A stretch of DNA of 5,220 nucleotides from a virus. Lineage: Duplodnaviria; Heunggongvirae; Uroviricota; Caudoviricetes. The notes beneath the pieces are model-generated. The model did not search any database and was not told where the DNA came from. It saw nothing but the letters and a program-made list of their open reading frames with translations. Made by a program: the position numbers and the translations under genes. The stretch lies in IMG/VR virus record IMGVR_UViG_2585427765_000010; one strand, given 5' to 3'. This document shows, one piece after another, positions 1 to 5,220 of the stretch (position 1 is the first letter of the stretch; each line of letters begins with the position of its first letter).

Positions 1-346
1 TCCTCAAAAGCAGGTGCTGGTTCATTCTGATCAAGGCAGTCAGTACACAAGCTATGAGTGGCAGTCGTTCCTGAAATCACACGGGCTGGAGGGCAGTATG
101 AGCCGTCGCGGTAACTGTCATGACAACGCAGTCGCAGAAAGTTTTTTCCAGTTACTGAAACGTGAACGGATAAAGAAAAAGATCTACGGAACGCGAGAAG
201 AAGCTCGCGGTGATATTTTTGATTACATCGAAATGTTTTATAACAGTAAGCGTCGGCATGGTTCGAGTGATCATATGCCACCAACTGAATACGAAAAACA
301 ATATTATCAGCGGCTCGGAAGTGTCTAGATTATCTGTGGCGATTCA
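1..346 (+). mobile_element. Right-hand end of an IS3-family insertion sequence (left part lies outside the window). The outer boundary is approximate; a candidate terminus is the ...GATTCA at 341-346, consistent with the TG...CA ends typical of the IS3 family.
   Basis: Contains the C-terminal part of an rve-type transposase ORF ending at 328. The sequence after the stop, read inward from 346 (TGAATCGCCACAGATAATCTAGACAC), resembles IS3-family terminal inverted repeats in style. The boundary is inferred, not matched to a known IS. Confidence 0.5.
2..328 (+). CDS. IS3-family transposase OrfB (integrase catalytic core, rve/DDE), C-terminal fragment; 5' end lies outside the window.
   Basis: The frame is open from position 2 (the ORF track starts at the first Met, 14). 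The translation contains the hallmark motifs VHSDQGSQYTS and GNCHDNAVAESFF (carrying the third catalytic acidic residue) and ends in a PPTEYEKQYYQRLG-type tail, typical of IS3-family OrfB. Stop codon TAG at 326-328. It does not match my recollection of IS3, IS2 or IS629 OrfB C-termini, so the specific IS is not assigned. Confidence 0.85.
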   Translation, partial: PQKQVLVHSDQGSQYTSYEWQSFLKSHGLEGSMSRRGNCHDNAVAESFFQLLKRERIKKKIYGTREEARGDIFDYIEMFYNSKRRHGSSDHMPPTEYEKQYYQRLGSV

Positions 347-2075
347 CGCATCGAAAATATCCACTAAATGTATTGCTATTAAGCGGGTCTGATGATGAAC
401 GTCCTGCTGTTTTTATATCAATAGGACATGTCAGGTTGCCGTAACCTTCCATTGCGGATGTGTCTATTATGACAGGGTAGTATTTGCCATCCACTGCACC
501 ACCAGGTGCATTAATGGTCATCGCTTTTGTTAACCCACCCTCAGGGATTTGCAAATTAGTTTTGGCGTCATCAAGGTTATTTGCGCCAGTGCCACCATGA
601 GAAACATCAAGTGGTATCCATTTTTTTTGTGTGTCGCTGTAACACCCCCATGTTGATCCGGTTAAACCCAGGCGCATGGATTTATCATGGTTATATAACC
701 ATGTTTCGCTATTCCATTGGTCAAGACGGTCCACTTCATTTTTGCGAGCGTGGCGTGTCCATTGCGGGCCTGTTGTCGGACTCCAGCGATAGGTATAAAG
801 CGAGCGAGTAGTCCATCCCTGAAATACACCTGTATACGCTGGAGTTCCATCTACCTGACTAATAAACCCCGTAAGACTGCTTTCACCGGATGCAATAGAC
901 GGGAAACCTGTTGCATCAGCCATGATGCGCATAAAGCCAATATAACCTGATGGATTTCCTGAGATGTCAGAGCAATCACGCGGTGATGATCCCAAACCGA
1001 TGTTAGTACCAACAATACCCTGGGCCTGGTTGCGATAATTAAGTGCGTCCGCCGCAGATTTCGCCGCGTTTGTTTCACTGGATTTAGCATTAGTTTCGCT
1101 GGCTTTAGCGTTTGTTTCGCTGCTCTTTGCTGCTGCCTCGCTATTTTTCGCGTTGGTTTCTGATTTTTTGGCTGCTGTCGCGGAGTTTGCCGATGCAGTT
1201 TGTGAGTCTGCTGCCGCCTGTGCGCTGTTATCCGCATTCGTCTCAGACGTTTTTGCGGCCTTCGCGGAATTTCCTGCCGCCGTTGCCGAGGAAGCTGCAC
1301 TACTGGCACTTGATGATGCGTTCGTTTCTGATGATTTCGCTACCTCTTTTGAGGCCGCCGCATCCCGGGCTGAGGTGGCAGCTTCTGACGCTTTCGTGGT
1401 CGCGGTGGATGCAGAAGTGGCTGCTGATTGTTGTGATGCTGCAGCATTCGTTTCTGACGTTTTCGCCGCACCGGCACTGGTGGCTGCCGCGCTTTTTGAG
1501 GACTCTGCTGCGGCAGCACTTTTTAATGCTTCAGTGGCCTTTGTTGATGCCGTTCCTGCGCTGGAAGACGCTGACTGAGCCGACGACGCGGCCTGTCCGG
1601 CTGACGTGCTGGCTGCGCGTGCTGAGCCTGCAGCATCAGTCGCATGGGTTGCCGCCTCACGGGCTGATGTGCTGGCATCGCTGGCTGACTTCTTCGCGGC
1701 TGCCGTGTCCTGTGCCACTGCGGACGCGTTACGCGCCACCTCTTCCACCATCAGTTCAAAACGGCGCAGCGCCTCCGGACGGGCATCATCCTCCGTCATG
1801 GCACCGAGAAAATCATTCAGCGTACCGGGTTGAGAATCTTCATACACGGTGATGGTCCCGGCATGTGACGGCGGGAATCCCTCCACCAACAGAATAACGC
1901 TGTACTGACCGTGCTCAACGTCCATGCTGTAACGCCCGGCTTCATCCGGATTTTCTGAGGCCAGCGTGTTCACCACCACCGTGGTGCTGTTACGTTTTGC
2001 TTTCAGCTGGATTGTGCAGTTCTGTACCGGTTTACCTGCACCGTCTTTCAGTACACCTGAAATCTTTACTGCCAT
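330..2075 (-). CDS. stf: Side tail fibre protein, Stf-like. N-terminal ~110 aa lambda Stf-like, central Ala/Ser/Thr-rich SETNA-type repeats, divergent C-terminal region; probably 3'-truncated by the IS insertion.
   Basis: The ORF track gives 330..2081 beginning at a GTG. The in-frame ATG at 2073-2075 gives MAVKISGVLKDG..., which matches the lambda Stf N-terminus as I recall it, so I place the start at 2075. A weak SD-like GGGGTG sits 5 nt upstream. Stop TAA at 330-332 falls inside the presumed IS terminal sequence. Confidence 0.85.
   Translation of the reverse strand: MAVKISGVLKDGAGKPVQNCTIQLKAKRNSTTVVVNTLASENPDEAGRYSMDVEHGQYSVILLVEGFPPSHAGTITVYEDSQPGTLNDFLGAMTEDDARPEALRRFELMVEEVARNASAVAQDTAAAKKSASDASTSAREAATHATDAAGSARAASTSAGQAASSAQSASSSAGTASTKATEALKSAAAAESSKSAAATSAGAAKTSETNAAASQQSAATSASTATTKASEAATSARDAAASKEVAKSSETNASSSASSAASSATAAGNSAKAAKTSETNADNSAQAAADSQTASANSATAAKKSETNAKNSEAAAKSSETNAKASETNAKSSETNAAKSAADALNYRNQAQGIVGTNIGLGSSPRDCSDISGNPSGYIGFMRIMADATGFPSIASGESSLTGFISQVDGTPAYTGVFQGWTTRSLYTYRWSPTTGPQWTRHARKNEVDRLDQWNSETWLYNHDKSMRLGLTGSTWGCYSDTQKKWIPLDVSHGGTGANNLDDAKTNLQIPEGGLTKAMTINAPGGAVDGKYYPVIIDTSAMEGYGNLTCPIDIKTAGRSSSDPLNSNTFSGYFRCVNRHR
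1055..1715 (-). repeat. Low-complexity coding repeat region inside stf (Ala/Ser/Thr-rich, repeated K-S/A-SETNA heptads), including near-perfect 21-bp tandem units at about 1066-1130.
   Basis: Protein shows ...AKTSETNA...KKSETNAKNSEAAAKSSETNAKASETNAKSSETNAAKS... . On the plus strand the DNA reads gcgtttgtttcactggattta / gcattagtttcgctggcttta / gcgtttgtttcgctgctcttt. Confidence 0.7.
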
Positions 2076-2084
2076 ATTCACCCC

Positions 2085-2112
2085 ACAAAAAAGCCCGCCT
2101 GAACCGGCGGGC
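2085..2112 (-). terminator. Rho-independent terminator downstream of lom, upstream of stf.
   Basis: On the minus strand: GCCCGCC-GGTTCA-GGCGGGC, a 7-bp GC-rich stem (plus strand 2093-2099 and 2106-2112) followed by TTTTTTGTGGGG (plus-strand A-run 2085-2092). Located 27 nt after the lom stop. Confidence 0.7.
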
Positions 2113-2139
2113 TGTCATAACACTGTGTTACCTGGCTAA

Positions 2140-2739
2140 TCAGAACTTATAACCGACACCCACGATGAACCCGTCAGTGCGCCAGTTGCCACTGCCGGAG
2201 CCTTCATAAGCAATATCAACGGCCACGGATTCGGTCGGGTTAAACTGCACGCCAGCTCCCCACGCCAGAGAGGTGTTACTGTGGCGAGCGTCATCACTTC
2301 CGGTCAGCACGTCGTGCGTTTTTCCCTTGTTGTCAGTTACGCGGAGATAATCCCCGGAAAAAGTCGACACACGGCTGTAAGCCACGCCTGCCATCGCATA
2401 CGCGCTGAACCATTCATTCACGCGTACAGACGGCCCCGCCATCACGCTGAACCAGCGGTTACGCACGGAATCTTCATGCCAGCGGGTATCGCTGTAACGG
2501 GTAAGCTGGCGATTCTTGTCTCCTGCATAGCTGAACGACGTCACCATCCCCAGTGTGTCCGTAAACTCATAACGGTATTTCACGTTAATCCCGTTCAGAT
2601 CATCACTGCCGGGAACGTTCGTCCGGGCATGAAGATACCCCGCGCTCAGCGTGGACTGATGTTCAGACGCCCATACAGGCGCACCGGATACGGCCAGACA
2701 AATGGCTGCGGACAAAATGGCGGCATAAAGTTTACGCAT
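2140..2739 (-). CDS. lom: Lom outer membrane protein (Ail/Lom/OmpX/PagC family beta-barrel), lambda lom homologue.
   Basis: 199-aa ORF with an N-terminal signal peptide ([24 protein letters not shown]|SEHQ) and C-terminal ...[10 protein letters not shown] (terminal aromatic typical of OMP beta-barrels). Near full-length match to lambda Lom as recalled. SD GAGAGG (plus-strand 2745-2750) 5 nt upstream of the ATG at 2737-2739. Stop TGA at 2140-2142. Confidence 0.95.
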
Positions 2740-2760
2740 AATTACCTCTCGCTTTTCTGC

Positions 2761-2787
2761 AATAAAAAAGGCGTCATTTCTGACGCC
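2761..2787 (-). terminator. Rho-independent terminator immediately downstream of J (tJ-like).
   Basis: On the minus strand: GGCGTCA-GAAA-TGACGCC stem-loop (plus 2770-2787) followed by TTTTTTATT (plus 2761-2769). Lies in the 66-bp J-lom intergenic gap. Confidence 0.65.
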
Positions 2788-2805
2788 CGTTCTGGGTTAT
2801 AAAAT

Positions 2806-5220
<2,415 letters not shown>

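Noticed and set aside
210-392. 60-aa plus-strand ORF overlapping the transposase 3' end and the IS/stf junction
   Set aside because: It is out of frame with the well-supported transposase ORF and spans the IS terminus. It is most likely spurious.
851-1309. 152-aa minus-strand ORF in an alternative frame of stf (Arg/Gln-rich)
   Set aside because: It is the same strand as stf but out of frame, within the repeat region, and reads as a low-complexity frame artefact. The stf frame gives the lambda-like protein.
1112-1852. Plus-strand ORFs antisense to the stf repeat region (1112..1852, 1153..1578, 1606..1833)
   Set aside because: They are artefacts of the GC-rich Ala/Ser/Thr repeat coding on the minus strand. 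The reverse complement of GCN/TCN-rich repeats gives long open frames, and the products are low-complexity.
2281-2802. 173-aa plus-strand ORF antisense to lom
   Set aside because: It is fully overlapped by lom, which has a signal peptide, an SD and a lambda match. The antisense product has no recognisable features.

Overview
This window is the distal tail and host-range end of a lambda-like (lambdoid) phage or prophage, with all phage genes on the minus strand. In phage gene order (minus strand, right to left in window coordinates) it contains: the 3' ~2.4 kb of J (central tail fibre / host specificity protein, 5' end beyond the window), a hairpin terminator, lom (Ail/Lom-family outer membrane protein), a second hairpin terminator, and an stf-like side tail fibre gene. 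The stf-like gene has a lambda-like N-terminus, a long Ala/Ser/Thr-rich repeat region and a C-terminus that does not look like lambda. At the left edge, on the plus strand, is the 3' end of an IS3-family insertion sequence (transposase orfB C-terminus, positions 1-328). The stf reading frame runs directly into the IS end, and no tfa (tail fibre assembly) gene sits between stf and the IS. I see no evidence for a novel defence or other accessory system here. The points worth a second look are the mosaic receptor-binding ends of J and Stf and the IS disruption of the side tail fibre module. All homology statements rest on recalled lambda protein sequences, not on a search, and need alignment to confirm.
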